Source: Escherichia coli O127:H6 str. E2348/69 (GTDB lineage Bacteria > Pseudomonadota > Gammaproteobacteria > Enterobacterales > Enterobacteriaceae). From it: a stretch of 64,000 nucleotides of DNA. The stretch is from assembly GCF_000026545.1 (NCBI RefSeq), contig NC_011601.1. One strand, given 5' to 3'. A program made the translations under genes and the position numbers. Shown piece by piece: positions 26,962 through 37,376 of the stretch (within the stretch, counting starts at the first letter, position 1; the number at the start of each line of letters is the position of its first letter). The notes beneath the pieces are model-generated. The model worked only from the letters and a program-made list of their open reading frames with translations, was not told the DNA's origin and ran no database searches.

Positions 26962-28083
26962 TTACTGGCGATTGTCATTCGCCTGACGCAATAACACGCG
27001 GCTTTCACTCTGAAAACGCTGTGCGTAATCACCGAACCAGTGCTCCACCTTGCGGAAACTGTCAATAAACGCCTGCTTATCGCCCTGCTCCAGCAACTCA
27101 ATCGCCTCGCCGAAACGCTTATAGTAACGTTTGATTAACGCCAGATTACGCTCTGACGACATAATAATGTCGGCATAAAGCTGCGGATCCTGAGCAAACA
27201 GTCGCCCGACCATCGCCAGCTCAAGGCGGTAAATCGGCGAAGAGAGCGCCAGTAGTTGCTCAAGCTGAACATTTTCTTCTGCCAGGTGCAGCCCATAAGC
27301 AAAAGTAGCAAAGTGGCGCAAAGCCTGAATAAACGCCATATTCTGATCGTGCTCGACAGCGCTAATACGATGCAACCGAGCGCCCCAGACCTGAATTTGC
27401 TCCAGAAACCATTGGTATGCTTCCGGCTTACGTCCATCACACCAGACCACAACTTGCTTTGCCAGGCTACCGCTGTCCGGGCCGAACATCGGGTGTAACC
27501 CCAGCACCGGGCCATCGTGCGCCGCCAGCATGGCCTGTAATGGCCCATTTTTCACCGATGCCAGATCAACCAGAATACAATCTTTCGGTAAAGGCGGTAA
27601 TTTGCCGATAACTTGCTCAGTAACGTGGATGGGCACACTAACAATCACCATTCCGGCATCGGCAACAATATCAGCCGCTCGATCCCAGTCATGTTGCTCC
27701 AGAATCCGCACCTGATAACCCGAGAGTGTCAGCATCTTCTCGAACAGACGCCCCATCTGACCGCCACCACCGACGATAACCACCGGGCGCAGTGACGGAC
27801 AAAGCGTTTTAAATCCTTTGTCGTTTTCACTGGAGTAAGATTCACGCATCACCCGACGCAAAACATCCTCAATCAGATCTGGCGGTACACCCAGAGCTTC
27901 CGCCTCTGCACGACGCGAGGCCAACATAGATGCCTCGCGCTCCGGAACATAAATAGGCAGTCCAAAGCGGCTTTTCACCTCGCCCACTTCAGCAACCAGT
28001 TCCAGACGCTTCGCTAATAAATTCAGCAGCGCTTTATCGACTTCATCAATTTGATCGCGTAATGCGGTCAATTCAGCAACCAT
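26962..28083 (-). CDS. tyrA: Chorismate mutase / prephenate dehydrogenase (T-protein)
   Basis: 373-aa [31 protein letters not shown]... Confidence 0.95.
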   Translation of the reverse strand: MVAELTALRDQIDEVDKALLNLLAKRLELVAEVGEVKSRFGLPIYVPEREASMLASRRAEAEALGVPPDLIEDVLRRVMRESYSSENDKGFKTLCPSLRPVVIVGGGGQMGRLFEKMLTLSGYQVRILEQHDWDRAADIVADAGMVIVSVPIHVTEQVIGKLPPLPKDCILVDLASVKNGPLQAMLAAHDGPVLGLHPMFGPDSGSLAKQVVVWCDGRKPEAYQWFLEQIQVWGARLHRISAVEHDQNMAFIQALRHFATFAYGLHLAEENVQLEQLLALSSPIYRLELAMVGRLFAQDPQLYADIIMSSERNLALIKRYYKRFGEAIELLEQGDKQAFIDSFRKVEHWFGDYAQRFQSESRVLLRQANDNRQ

Positions 28084-28093
28084 AATAAACCTC

Positions 28094-29164
28094 TTAAGCC
28101 ACGCGAGCCGTCAGCTGCCCGTTCAGATCCTGATGAATTTCACGCAGCAAGGCATCGGTCATTTCCCAGCTAATGCAGGCATCGGTTACGGATACACCGT
28201 ATTTCATTTCACTGCGCGGTTGCTCGGAAGACTGATTGCCCTCGTGGATATTACTTTCGATCATCAGACCAATAATTGAGCGATTGCCATCTTTGATTTG
28301 AGCAACCACGGATTCTGCCACCGCAGGCTGACGACGATAATCTTTATTGGAATTACCGTGGCTGCAATCTACCATCAGAGACGGGCGCAGTCCCGCCTGT
28401 TCCATCTCTTTTTCACATTGCGCAACATCCGCAGGGCTATAGTTTGGCGCTTTACCACCGCGCAGGATCACATGCCCGTCCGGATTCCCCTGAGTTTGTA
28501 GCAACGCAACCTGCCCTGCCTGGTTAATGCCAACAAAACGGTGCGGCTGGGCGGCGGCACGCATAGCGTTAATTGCCGTTGCAAGGCTGCCGTCGGTGCC
28601 GTTTTTAAAACCAACCGGCATGGAAAGCCCGGAGGCCATTTCACGGTGAGTTTGCGATTCCGTTGTACGAGCACCAATTGCTGACCAGCTAAACAGATCG
28701 CCCAGGTATTGCGGGCTATTCGGATCTAACGCTTCCGTCGCCAGTGGCAGTCCCATATTCACCAGCTCAAGCAGCAATTTACGCGCGATCTGCAGCCCGG
28801 CTTCTACATCAAAAGAGCCATCCATATGGGGATCGTTAATTAACCCTTTCCAGCCGACAGTGGTACGGGGTTTTTCAAAATAGACGCGCATTACCAGATA
28901 GAGGCTATCGCTGACCTCTGCGGCAAGGGCTTTAAATCGACGAGCATATTCCAGAGCAGTTTCCGGATCATGAATGGAACAAGGACCACATACTACCAGC
29001 AGACGAGGATCGCGCCCGGCGATAATATCTGAAATGGTTTTACGCGAGTCAGCAATCTGGGCTTCTTGTTGCAGGCTTAATGGAAAAGCGGCCTTCAGTT
29101 GTTCCGGAGTCATTAAAACCTGTTCGTCGGTAATATGTACGTTATTCAGCGCGTCTTTCTGCAT
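28094..29164 (-). CDS. aroF: DAHP synthase, Tyr-sensitive
   Basis: ORF 28094..29233; start at [25 protein letters not shown] (29164). Confidence 0.93.
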   Translation of the reverse strand: MQKDALNNVHITDEQVLMTPEQLKAAFPLSLQQEAQIADSRKTISDIIAGRDPRLLVVCGPCSIHDPETALEYARRFKALAAEVSDSLYLVMRVYFEKPRTTVGWKGLINDPHMDGSFDVEAGLQIARKLLLELVNMGLPLATEALDPNSPQYLGDLFSWSAIGARTTESQTHREMASGLSMPVGFKNGTDGSLATAINAMRAAAQPHRFVGINQAGQVALLQTQGNPDGHVILRGGKAPNYSPADVAQCEKEMEQAGLRPSLMVDCSHGNSNKDYRRQPAVAESVVAQIKDGNRSIIGLMIESNIHEGNQSSEQPRSEMKYGVSVTDACISWEMTDALLREIHQDLNGQLTARVA

Positions 29165-29374
29165 GATGGCGATCCTGTTTATGCTCGTTTGCGATAGTTG
29201 ATCCTCAGCGAGGATGACGTAACGATAACACATAAAGTAAAGTTTTCAATCCATATTTCGTACGCATTTCTTTACACAGGCAATTTATTCGCGCTTTTTT
29301 ACCCTTATTTATGTATATATAAATTTACACCATCTATAAAAATAATCCGCTATGCTTTGAAAAAGGAGAAAGAA

Positions 29375-29740
29375 ATGATGAAAAAATTTATCGCCCCCTT
29401 GTTGGCTTTACTGGTTAGCGGATGTCAGATTGATCCTTATACTTACGCGCCAACCTTAACCAGCACCGACTGGTATGATGTTGGTATGGAAGATGCGATA
29501 TCGGGCAGCGCCATTAAAGATGACGATGCATTTAGCGATTCACACGCGGATCGCGGTCTATACCTTAAAGGATATGCCGAAGGGCAAAAGAAAACTTGCC
29601 AGACTGATTTTACTTATGCCCGGGGACTTTCTGGTAAAAGCTTTCCTGCCAGCTGCAATAATGTTGAAAATGCCAGCCAACTGCATGAAGTATGGCGAAA
29701 AGGGGCTGATGAAAATGCCAGCACAATACGATTAAATTAA
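29375..29740 (+). CDS. yfiL: Lipoprotein YfiL
   Basis: ATG at 29375 preceded by aaggaga RBS; MMKKFIAPLLALLVSGCQ lipobox. The 29198 start in the ORF track is an upstream extension. Confidence 0.8.
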   Translation: MMKKFIAPLLALLVSGCQIDPYTYAPTLTSTDWYDVGMEDAISGSAIKDDDAFSDSHADRGLYLKGYAEGQKKTCQTDFTYARGLSGKSFPASCNNVENASQLHEVWRKGADENASTIRLN

Positions 29741-29887
29741 TTACTCACCCAAATAAATTAAGCATGAGATTTTACTCATTATGTTTTATTTCTCACATTG
29801 ATGACGACCGCATGAAAGGATGATATTTTAATGAGCATTCTGAAAAAATATCGATGCATTTCGAGCGAAGATGGTGAGGATCCCTGA

Positions 29888-30406
29888 ATGCGTTTTTCTC
29901 ACCGACTGTTCTTACTGCTGATTCTCCTGCTGACGGGAGCACCAATACTCGCTCAGGAACCTTCTGACGTTGCGAAAAACGTGCGTATGATGGTTTCCGG
30001 TATTGTCAGTTACACCCGCTGGCCTGGGCTATCAGGGCCACCAAAGTTATGTATCTTTTCATCTTCACGTTTTAGTACCGCCTTACAAGAAAATGCTGCT
30101 ACATCTTTACCTTATCTGCCTGTCATCATTCATACTCAACAAGAGGCGATAATTTCAGGCTGCAATGGTTTTTATTTTGGCAACGAGTCACCGACATTCC
30201 AGATGGAATTAACCGAACAATATCCGTCAAAGGCGTTATTATTAATTGCCGAACAAAATACCGAGTGCATTATTGGTAGCGCCTTTTGTCTGATCATCCA
30301 AAATAATGACGTCAGATTTGCCGTAAACCTGGATGCCTTATCGCGTAGCGGTGTAAAGGTCAACCCGGATGTCTTAATGCTCGCACGGAAGAAAAATGAT
30401 GGATAA
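29888..30406 (+). CDS. yfiR: Periplasmic repressor of DgcN (YfiR)
   Basis: 172-aa ORF with signal peptide, first gene of the yfiRNB unit. Confidence 0.85.
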   Translation: MRFSHRLFLLLILLLTGAPILAQEPSDVAKNVRMMVSGIVSYTRWPGLSGPPKLCIFSSSRFSTALQENAATSLPYLPVIIHTQQEAIISGCNGFYFGNESPTFQMELTEQYPSKALLLIAEQNTECIIGSAFCLIIQNNDVRFAVNLDALSRSGVKVNPDVLMLARKKNDG

Positions 30407-31622
30407 CGATAATTCTCTTCATAAGCGCCCCACGTTTAAAAGAGCATTACGCAACATCAGCATGACCAGCATATTTATCACTATGACGCTGATCTGGCTG
30501 CTGCTTTCCGTGACGTCAGTGCTAACCCTGAAACAATACGCGCAAAAAAACCTGGCACTGACAGCAGCAACAATGACTTACAGTCTGGAAGCAGCTGTCG
30601 TTTTTGCCGATGGCCCTGCAGCAACTGAAACACTGGCAGCGCTGGGCCAGCAAGGCCAATTTTCAACTGCAGAAGTGCGTGATAAGCAGCAAAATATTCT
30701 GGCATCCTGGCATTACACCCATAAGGAACCAGGCGATACTTTCAGCAATTTCATAAGCCACTGGCTCTTCCCTGCCCCCATCATTCAGCCGATTCGCCAC
30801 AATGGTGAAGCCATTGGCGAAGTACGCTTAACTGCTCGCGACAGTTCAATCAGCCATTTTATCTGGTTTTCGCTCGCTGTCCTGACCGGTTGTATTCTGC
30901 TGGCATCAGGCATCGCAATTACCCTCACCCGCCATTTGCACAATGGCCTGGTGGAAGCGCTGAAAAATATCACCGATGTCGTACATGATGTGCGTTCTAA
31001 CCGCAATTTTTCCCGACGAGTTTCGGAAGAACGTATCGCTGAGTTTCACCGCTTCGCTCTCGACTTCAACAGTCTGCTGGATGAAATGGAAGAGTGGCAG
31101 CTTCGTTTACAGGCCAAAAATGCGCAGCTTCTACGTACCGCGCTACATGACCCATTAACCGGACTGGCTAACCGCGCAGCGTTTCGTAGCGGCATCAACA
31201 CGTTGATGAACAATTCCGATGCCCGAAAAACGTCGGCGTTACTATTTCTTGATGGCGATAATTTCAAATATATCAATGATACCTGGGGTCATGCGACGGG
31301 CGATAGAGTCTTGATTGAAATAGCAAAACGGTTAGCTGAATTTGGCGGGCTGCGACATAAAGCATACCGCCTGGGCGGCGATGAATTCGCTATGGTGCTC
31401 TATGATGTACAGTCGGAATCTGAAGTGCAGCAGATATGCTCAGCACTGACACAAATTTTTAATCTCCCATTTGATCTTCATAATGGCCATCAGACTACCA
31501 TGACATTAAGCATTGGTTACGCGATGACCATTGAGCACGCCTCTGCGGAAAATTTACAAGAGCTTGCCGATCACAATATGTATCAGGCCAAACACCAGCG
31601 TGCCGAAAAGCTGGTGAGATAA
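30396..31622 (+). CDS. dgcN: Diguanylate cyclase DgcN (YfiN), membrane-bound with HAMP and GGDEF domains
   Basis: 408-aa ORF with N-terminal TM segments and a C-terminal GGDEF domain (RLGGDEF). Confidence 0.9.
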   Translation: MMDNDNSLHKRPTFKRALRNISMTSIFITMTLIWLLLSVTSVLTLKQYAQKNLALTAATMTYSLEAAVVFADGPAATETLAALGQQGQFSTAEVRDKQQNILASWHYTHKEPGDTFSNFISHWLFPAPIIQPIRHNGEAIGEVRLTARDSSISHFIWFSLAVLTGCILLASGIAITLTRHLHNGLVEALKNITDVVHDVRSNRNFSRRVSEERIAEFHRFALDFNSLLDEMEEWQLRLQAKNAQLLRTALHDPLTGLANRAAFRSGINTLMNNSDARKTSALLFLDGDNFKYINDTWGHATGDRVLIEIAKRLAEFGGLRHKAYRLGGDEFAMVLYDVQSESEVQQICSALTQIFNLPFDLHNGHQTTMTLSIGYAMTIEHASAENLQELADHNMYQAKHQRAEKLVR

Positions 31623-31637
31623 CAAGGATATATCGAT

Positions 31638-32120
31638 ATGATAAAGCACCTGGTAGCCCCCCTGATTTTCACCTCGCTAATACTTACTGGCTGCCAGTCC
31701 CCTCAGGGAAAGTTTACTCCTGAGCAAGTCGCCGCTATGCAATCTTATGGATTTACTGAATCCGCCGGCGACTGGTCGCTGGGCTTATCAGATGCCATTC
31801 TGTTCGCAAAAAATGACTACAAATTGCTCCCGGAAAGCCAGCAACAAATCCAAACCATGGCAGCCAAATTGGCCTCGATAGGGCTAACACATGCCCGTAT
31901 GGATGGACACACCGACAACTATGGTGAAGACAGTTACAACGAAGTCTTATCATTAAAACGGGCGAATGTCGTGGCCGATGCATGGGCTATAGGTGGACAA
32001 ATTCCGCGCAGCAATCTCACCACACAGGGTTTAGGAAAAAAATATCCCATAGCCAGTAACAAGACCGCCCAGGGCCGCGCCGAGAACCGCCGCGTCGCAG
32101 TGGTGATTACAACCCCTTAA
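31638..32120 (+). CDS. yfiB: OmpA-family outer-membrane lipoprotein YfiB
   Basis: 160-aa ORF with lipobox LTGCQ and an OmpA-like C-terminal domain. Confidence 0.9.
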   Translation: MIKHLVAPLIFTSLILTGCQSPQGKFTPEQVAAMQSYGFTESAGDWSLGLSDAILFAKNDYKLLPESQQQIQTMAAKLASIGLTHARMDGHTDNYGEDSYNEVLSLKRANVVADAWAIGGQIPRSNLTTQGLGKKYPIASNKTAQGRAENRRVAVVITTP

Positions 32121-32138
32121 AACATGAGCAAACAGACA

Positions 32139-32171
32139 AAAAAAGGGCCAGCCAATTGGCCAGCCCTTCTT
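32139..32171. terminator. Bidirectional hairpin terminator (yfiB 3' end; original rplS terminator displaced to attL)
   Basis: gggccagccaattggccagccc palindrome flanked by an A-run upstream and T-rich sequence downstream. Confidence 0.6.
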
Positions 32172-32196
32172 AACAGGATGTCGCTTAAGCGAAATC

Positions 32197-32210
32197 TTAG
32201 TTAAGACGCT
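32197..32210. repeat. attL core of the P2-like prophage remnant
   Basis: ttagttaagacgct repeated exactly at 43725-43738, where it overlaps the rplS stop codon. Confidence 0.7.
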
Positions 32211-32295
32211 TTTACATGATACCATTGATAAACATGCATTTTTCATTATAAACAGTTAGTTATATGTATCACTAGTGTAGTCAAGTGCAGCCATA

Positions 32296-32305
32296 AACAT
32301 GCTGT
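32296..32305. promoter_or_regulatory. Candidate integrase arm-type binding site (TGTGGACACT)
   Basis: Same motif as the two copies near the other prophage end (43630-43650); resembles the P2 Int arm-site consensus as I recall it. Confidence 0.4.
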
Positions 32306-32323
32306 GTGGGCAGATTGTGGACA

Positions 32324-33253
32324 CTACTTATTTCCCTGTCCAATCTTACCCGCAACTGCCTCGGTAAGCTTTACTAAGGTTTCAAGTTCATTTTTGTCTA
32401 ATTTTCTTGCTTCAATAATTTCAGTAGTCTGCCCTGATTCTAGTTTTCCAACTCTTGAGCTAAAATTAATTTTATCCAGAAGGTCTATCATATCGATATC
32501 TTTCTGGCTAGCCATTACAAGCTTTATAATGGCATAGCTTTCCTCACGTGAACGTTTTATTGCCTCGTAATAGCGAAACTCATCCATCGTAACCCGATAT
32601 TGCTTCAAAAAGAAAAATGCGATTAACTCCAAGAAAATCAACACGCCAAAATTAGGGAGAAGATACATTACCTTGGTTACCGCATCATCCTTAGCATCAA
32701 TTACATGTGATTGAGAATAGAAGAAACCTAATCCAACTATTGCAAAACAAACACCGACTAATAAATAAAGACTACCGCGAGAATATATGTTTTTCGCAAG
32801 ACCTTCAGAGCTATTAATCAAACCTTTAAGATAAAAATCCAGAGATTCATCTTCATCAGCAGCAGCCCTTTCCTCTTGAGCCTTCTTGAGTAGTTTTATC
32901 TCATTTATAATATCGACAATATTAAACATCGATGATTTGTCGACTGAATCACTCCCTGTAATTCTCATAAACATTCTTTGGATTGGAGACACACCATAGA
33001 TAATGGTGTAAACGATTACAAATGACACTGCGAATATTGACCTGATAAAGCTCGGCAAATGTGTAAGATCTGCTCTCGCACTGGGAAATAAATAATAAAA
33101 GGTTGAGTCTAATATCCCTGTAGCAAAAATTACATTTGCAACTAGAAAGACTGCACCTATCTCAACTAAATTATAAAAACCACGAGTGCGTACCCTAATG
33201 ACTTTGGCCTCGGTCATTCTTGGAGGTGTTTCGATGGTTGGCTCACTCATCAT
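32324..33253 (-). CDS. Hypothetical 4-TM membrane protein (309 aa), phage cargo of unknown function
   Basis: ORF with four hydrophobic segments and a charged, probably coiled-coil C-terminal region; visibly AT-rich; AGGA RBS; ATG overlaps the integrase stop (ATGATGAGTGA). Confidence 0.6.
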   Translation of the reverse strand: MMSEPTIETPPRMTEAKVIRVRTRGFYNLVEIGAVFLVANVIFATGILDSTFYYLFPSARADLTHLPSFIRSIFAVSFVIVYTIIYGVSPIQRMFMRITGSDSVDKSSMFNIVDIINEIKLLKKAQEERAAADEDESLDFYLKGLINSSEGLAKNIYSRGSLYLLVGVCFAIVGLGFFYSQSHVIDAKDDAVTKVMYLLPNFGVLIFLELIAFFFLKQYRVTMDEFRYYEAIKRSREESYAIIKLVMASQKDIDMIDLLDKINFSSRVGKLESGQTTEIIEARKLDKNELETLVKLTEAVAGKIGQGNK

Positions 33254-33602
33254 ATAATCCTGTTAAATTAGAAATAGGGTTAAGAGTTACAGCTTCTTCT
33301 AAATGATCTGGTGCAAAATGAGCGTATCTCATGGTTTCCCTAATGTTAGAATGGCCCAAGATTCGTTGCAGTACTAAAATGTTCCCACCATTCATCATAA
33401 AGTGACTCGCAAATGTATGACGTAACACATTCGTTTTTTGCCCTTCAGCTAACTCTATATCGGTCAGAGCGAGCATTTTCTTGAACTCCTGATAGCAGGG
33501 GTGGAACATTTTTCCCTGTAAAGGAGCCAACTCGTCATATAGCCACCGAGGGATCGGTACTGTACGATTCTTCTTTCCCTTGGTTTGGGAGAAGGCTCTG
33601 CA
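33243..33602 (-). pseudogene. Tyrosine recombinase (phage integrase) C-terminal fragment
   Basis: ...TKGKKNRTVPIPRWLYDELAPLQGKMFHPCYQEF...RHTFASHFMMNGGNILVLQRILGHSNIRETMRYAHFAPDHLEEAV; the N-terminal two-thirds of the gene is absent. Confidence 0.8.
33568..33593. other. Left inversion crossover site (pix/gix/cix-like, 26 bp)
   Basis: ttcttctttcccTTggtttgggagaa; inner half-site is the exact inverted copy of the inner half of the right site at 35454-35479. Confidence 0.6.
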
Positions 33603-34079
33603 TTACCTGTTGGCGTCCCTGTTCCGTGGCCTTCAGCCACACCGCCAACAGGCTGGCTGAAATGCAATGGTGCAGCTTTTTCTGCTGAAGAATACCCGGA
33701 ACTGGCAAAGGCTTATCCGGCAAATAAATTGCCTGATTTACGTGGTGAGTTTATTCGTGGCTGGGATGACGGACGGGGGATTGATACAGGTCGCTCTATT
33801 TTAAGTATTCAGGGGTATGCAACGGAGGATCATGCTCATGGATTACCGTCAAGATCCACGATTGTGACTGATGCAACGATTAATTTCTATTTTGATGAAA
33901 GCTGGGTAAATAGTGGCACTGACATTATCAAAAGAGGAAACACAAACGATGCCGGATTACCAGCACCGGATTATGGAACCTTTAAAACATATAAACAATC
34001 AGTGGCTGGTTTAGGTGCCGCAGCCTCAGAAACGCGTCCGCGTAATATTGCATTTAACTATATCGTGAGGTCAGCCTGA
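33585..34079 (+). CDS. Tail fibre C-terminal variable domain (one invertible-segment orientation)
   Basis: ...GLGEGSALPVGVPVPWPSATPPTGWLKCNGAAFSAEEYPELAKAYP..., tail-collar-like C-terminus; no constant N-terminal tail-fibre part upstream. Confidence 0.7.
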   Translation: MGEGSALPVGVPVPWPSATPPTGWLKCNGAAFSAEEYPELAKAYPANKLPDLRGEFIRGWDDGRGIDTGRSILSIQGYATEDHAHGLPSRSTIVTDATINFYFDESWVNSGTDIIKRGNTNDAGLPAPDYGTFKTYKQSVAGLGAAASETRPRNIAFNYIVRSA

Positions 34080-34681
34080 TGCATAAAGCAATATTAAATA
34101 GTGAGCTTATTGCAACAAAGGCAGGGGATGTTACCGTTTATAACTACGATGGTGAAACACGGGAATATATTTCCACGTCAACTGAATATCTTGCGGTTGG
34201 CGTCGGTATCCCGGCATGTTCTTGTTTAGATGCGCCAGTTACACATAAAGCTGGTTATGCAATCTGCCGTTCTGCAGATTTTAACTCATGGGAATATGTG
34301 CCAGACCATCGCGGTGAAATCATCTATAGCACAGAAACAGGAGAATCGAAAGAAATCACAGCTCCGGGTGATTATCCTGAAAATACAACCACTATCGCCC
34401 CGTTAACGCCATACGATGAATGGGATGGTGAGAAATGGGTAACAGATACTGTGGCACAGCATAGCGCCGCAGTAGGCGCGGCAGAAGCACAGCGTCAGTC
34501 ACTGATTGATAATGCAATGGCTTCCATTAGTCTGATTCAGCTGAAATTGCAGGCCGGACGGAATCTGACGCAGGCAGAAACCGCCCGACTTAACGCTGCG
34601 CTGGATTACATTGACGCGGTGACGGCAACAGATACCAGCACCGCGCCGGATGTCATCTGGCCTGAACTGCCGGAGGCGTAG
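34079..34681 (+). CDS. Tail fibre assembly protein (Tfa)
   Basis: 200-aa ORF with the typical Tfa C-terminus (...RLNAALDYIDAVTATDTSTAPDVIWPELPEA). Confidence 0.8.
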   Translation: MHKAILNSELIATKAGDVTVYNYDGETREYISTSTEYLAVGVGIPACSCLDAPVTHKAGYAICRSADFNSWEYVPDHRGEIIYSTETGESKEITAPGDYPENTTTIAPLTPYDEWDGEKWVTDTVAQHSAAVGAAEAQRQSLIDNAMASISLIQLKLQAGRNLTQAETARLNAALDYIDAVTATDTSTAPDVIWPELPEA

Positions 34682-35093
34682 GCCATTCAATATCTGGCGC
34701 ACCGGAAGTATCGACCAGTTCCAGTGCGTCCAGATAATCCAGCCACAAATTATATTGCGCCAGTTCCTCACCTTTCAGACGACCAATAGCCGCTTTACCA
34801 GGCCATTGTTTACTGTTCATATAATCGTTGGCCTGATTAATCAGTTGCTGCTTTTCAAGTTCGGCTGCAGCAATCTGTTCCTCATGTGTTGGTGGTGGAA
34901 TTTCAGTCCATGCAGGAAAACTATTTTCTCCAGCGATACGGATTTTTCCTTTCGGCGGTAATCCGGAAAACTCAATATACACTTGCTCATCAACTTCAAC
35001 AGCATCATCTGGCCATGAGTCAGCTTGAGTGTAATCCTCTTTCATCTCCAGCGGATAGAAAGAGTTTGTAGTCGCGGAATATATGTAATTCAT
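34653..35093 (-). CDS. Tail fibre assembly protein, alternative (opposite orientation)
   Basis: 146-aa ORF ending ...YNLWLDYLDALELVDTSGAPDIEWPTPPAVQAR, convergent with the other tfa. Confidence 0.8.
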   Translation of the reverse strand: MNYIYSATTNSFYPLEMKEDYTQADSWPDDAVEVDEQVYIEFSGLPPKGKIRIAGENSFPAWTEIPPPTHEEQIAAAELEKQQLINQANDYMNSKQWPGKAAIGRLKGEELAQYNLWLDYLDALELVDTSGAPDIEWPTPPAVQAR

Positions 35094-35114
35094 TTTTCAC
35101 TCCATATAGCTAAA

Positions 35115-35480
35115 TTAACAGCCTAACGCTAAAAATGAAGCGCCGAGGCCAGGAGTACTGGCTCTGGATATAAATTTAACCGGGTCGGGACTAAAACCTG
35201 CACAGGCAATATAACCAACAGCCCCGCTATCTGGTGTGTAGTCTTGTGAGACCAAAACACGCAGACATCTGTTTGGAAATGCAATCGGGAAATGGGTTAC
35301 TACATCCTGTGCAATGCCTGGTGCGCCGATTGAGCCCCACTGAAGAATAAAACCTGATGGAAATTTTTGATATCCAGTACCTGAAACAGAAAGCGTGAAG
35401 CTACCCATATCAGGTATCTGATTCGCCCCTGTCCCTACATTCCTTTTAGCCGCTTCTCCCAAACCAACGTTTAAGAAAAT
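35115..35480 (-). CDS. Alternative tail fibre C-terminal variable domain
   Basis: Reverse ORF 35115..35564 reads ...[17 protein letters not shown]... across the right crossover site; the part inside the invertible segment ends near 35480. Confidence 0.65.
   Translation of the reverse strand: MFLNVGLGEAAKRNVGTGANQIPDMGSFTLSVSGTGYQKFPSGFILQWGSIGAPGIAQDVVTHFPIAFPNRCLRVLVSQDYTPDSGAVGYIACAGFSPDPVKFISRASTPGLGASFLALGC
35454..35479. other. Right inversion crossover site (pix/gix/cix-like, 26 bp)
   Basis: ttctcccaaaccAAcgtttaagaaaa, imperfect dyad, immediately upstream of the invertase gene. Confidence 0.65.
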
Positions 35481-35533
35481 GTAGTTTTCCCCCCTAGCTG
35501 GCATCATTTGGGCTTTTGCATGAGGGAAAACAA

Positions 35534-36112
35534 ATGCAGGTTGGCTATGTGCGCGTATCAACAAATGAACAAAATACCGCGCTACAGCGTGACGCGCTGG
35601 AACGGTCGGGATGTGAGCTAATTTTCGAGGATAAAATCAGCGGTAAATCGACAAACAGGCCAAGGTTAAATCGCGCACTCAGGCAACTTAATGCCGGTGA
35701 TACTCTCGTTGTCTGGAAGCTCGACAGGCTCGGGCGTAGCATGCGCCATCTTGTCTCTATGACTGAAGAGCTTCGCCAGCGAGGGGTTAATTTCAGAAGC
35801 CTGACCGACAGTATTGATACCTCAACCCCGATGGGGCGATTTTTCTTTCACATCATGGGCGCTCTTGCAGAAATGGAACGCGAGTTAATCGTCGAACGAA
35901 CCCGCGCCGGGCTGGATGCAGCCCGGGCACAAGGCAGGATCGGAGGTCGTAGGCCGAAGCTGACGCCTGATGAATGGGCTCAGGCTGGCCGGTTGATTGC
36001 GGCCGGAGAATCCCGACAGCGTGTTGCACTGATTTTTGATGTGGGCATATCGACGCTGTATAAAAAATTTCCGGCGACAAATCCCGTTGTGTCAGCCACC
36101 GGCGAACCCTGA
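35534..36112 (+). CDS. Serine-recombinase DNA invertase (Pin/Gin/Hin/Cin family)
   Basis: [38 protein letters not shown]... with catalytic Ser in the VRVST motif and a C-terminal HTH. Confidence 0.9.
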   Translation: MQVGYVRVSTNEQNTALQRDALERSGCELIFEDKISGKSTNRPRLNRALRQLNAGDTLVVWKLDRLGRSMRHLVSMTEELRQRGVNFRSLTDSIDTSTPMGRFFFHIMGALAEMERELIVERTRAGLDAARAQGRIGGRRPKLTPDEWAQAGRLIAAGESRQRVALIFDVGISTLYKKFPATNPVVSATGEP

Positions 36113-36176
36113 CAAATAGCCGCATACAGGCGTAAACCAGACAATATCACTCACCTCAACTAACGGAGTTAAACGG

Positions 36177-37364
36177 ATGAGTGATTATCATCACGGTGTC
36201 GAGGTCGTCGAAATTAACGACGGCACCCGCACAATCTCGACGGTATCAACGGCGGTCGTTGGCATGGTCTGCACAGCCAGTGATGCTGACGCCGGGGCTT
36301 TCCCTCTCAATGAGCCGGTGCTGATTACCAACCCACAAAGCGCCATCGCAAAAGCCGGTACTAAAGGTACCCTGGCAAAATCCTTACAGCTCATCGCTAA
36401 CCAGTCAAAACCGGTTGTCGTTGTTGTGCGTGTCGCGGAGGGTACCGGCGACGGCGAAGAGGCACAGGCGCAAACCATTTCTAACATCATCGGCACCACG
36501 AATGAGAATGGCAAATATACCGGGATGAAAGCGCTGTTAACGGCGAAAGCGGTCACCGGCGTGAAGCCACGTATTCTCGGTGTGCCGGGGCTCGATACTC
36601 AGGAGGTGGCGACCGCGCTTGTCTCCGTGGCTCAGAAGCTGCGCGCTTTCGCCTATGTCAGCGCGTGGGGCTGTAAAACCATTGCTGACGTTATCGCCTA
36701 CCGCGAAAACTTCAGCGCCCGTGAGCTCATGATTATCTGGCCTGACTTCCTCGGGTGGGATACCACGGCCAACGCGACCACAACCAGTTATGCAACAGCG
36801 ATCGCGTTGGGACTGCGCGCAAAAATCGACAATGATACAGGCTGGCATAAAACCCTGTCAAACGTCGGCATCAATGGCGTCACCGGTATCAGTGCGTCGG
36901 TCTTCTGGGATTTGCAGGAATCTGGCACTGATGCCGACCTGCTGAATGAGGCCGGTGTTACGACGCTGATTCGTGCCGATGGTTTCCGCTTCTGGGGTAA
37001 CCGTAATTGCTCCGATGACCCGCTGTTTCAGTTTGAGAACTACACCCGCACCGCACAGGTCATAGCCGACACAATAGCCGAGGGGCATATGTGGGCGAAC
37101 GATAAGCCCATCACCGCGACGTTGATTCGCGACATTATCGACGGCATCAACGCGAAATTCCGCGAGCTGAAAACCGGCGGTTACATCATCGATGCGACGT
37201 GCTGGTTTGACGAAGAGGCCAACAGTAAAGAAACCCTGAAAGCCGGGAAACTGTTTATCGATTATGACTATACGCCGGTGCCGCCACTCGAACACCTGAC
37301 CTTACGCCAGCGCATTACTGATAAATATCTGGCGAATCTTATCTCGTCCGTCAACAGCAAATAA
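36177..37364 (+). CDS. Contractile tail sheath protein (P2 gpFI-like)
   Basis: 395-aa ORF MSDYHHGVEVVEINDGTRTISTVSTAVVGMVCTASDAD..., order and size as P2 FI. Confidence 0.9.
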   Translation: MSDYHHGVEVVEINDGTRTISTVSTAVVGMVCTASDADAGAFPLNEPVLITNPQSAIAKAGTKGTLAKSLQLIANQSKPVVVVVRVAEGTGDGEEAQAQTISNIIGTTNENGKYTGMKALLTAKAVTGVKPRILGVPGLDTQEVATALVSVAQKLRAFAYVSAWGCKTIADVIAYRENFSARELMIIWPDFLGWDTTANATTTSYATAIALGLRAKIDNDTGWHKTLSNVGINGVTGISASVFWDLQESGTDADLLNEAGVTTLIRADGFRFWGNRNCSDDPLFQFENYTRTAQVIADTIAEGHMWANDKPITATLIRDIIDGINAKFRELKTGGYIIDATCWFDEEANSKETLKAGKLFIDYDYTPVPPLEHLTLRQRITDKYLANLISSVNSK

Positions 37365-37376
37365 GGAGCCTGACAA

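Noticed and set aside
29198-29374. Upstream extension of yfiL in the ORF track (180 aa starting at 29198)
   Set aside because: The extension runs through the aroF promoter region; an ATG with a good RBS at 29375 gives a signal-peptide N-terminus (MMKKFIAPLLALLVSGC).
36080-36113. Canonical P2 late-promoter element (TGT-N12-ACA) upstream of FI
   Set aside because: The only dyad found (TGTCAG...CTGACA) has the wrong spacing, so it is kept as a low-interest finding and not called as a promoter.
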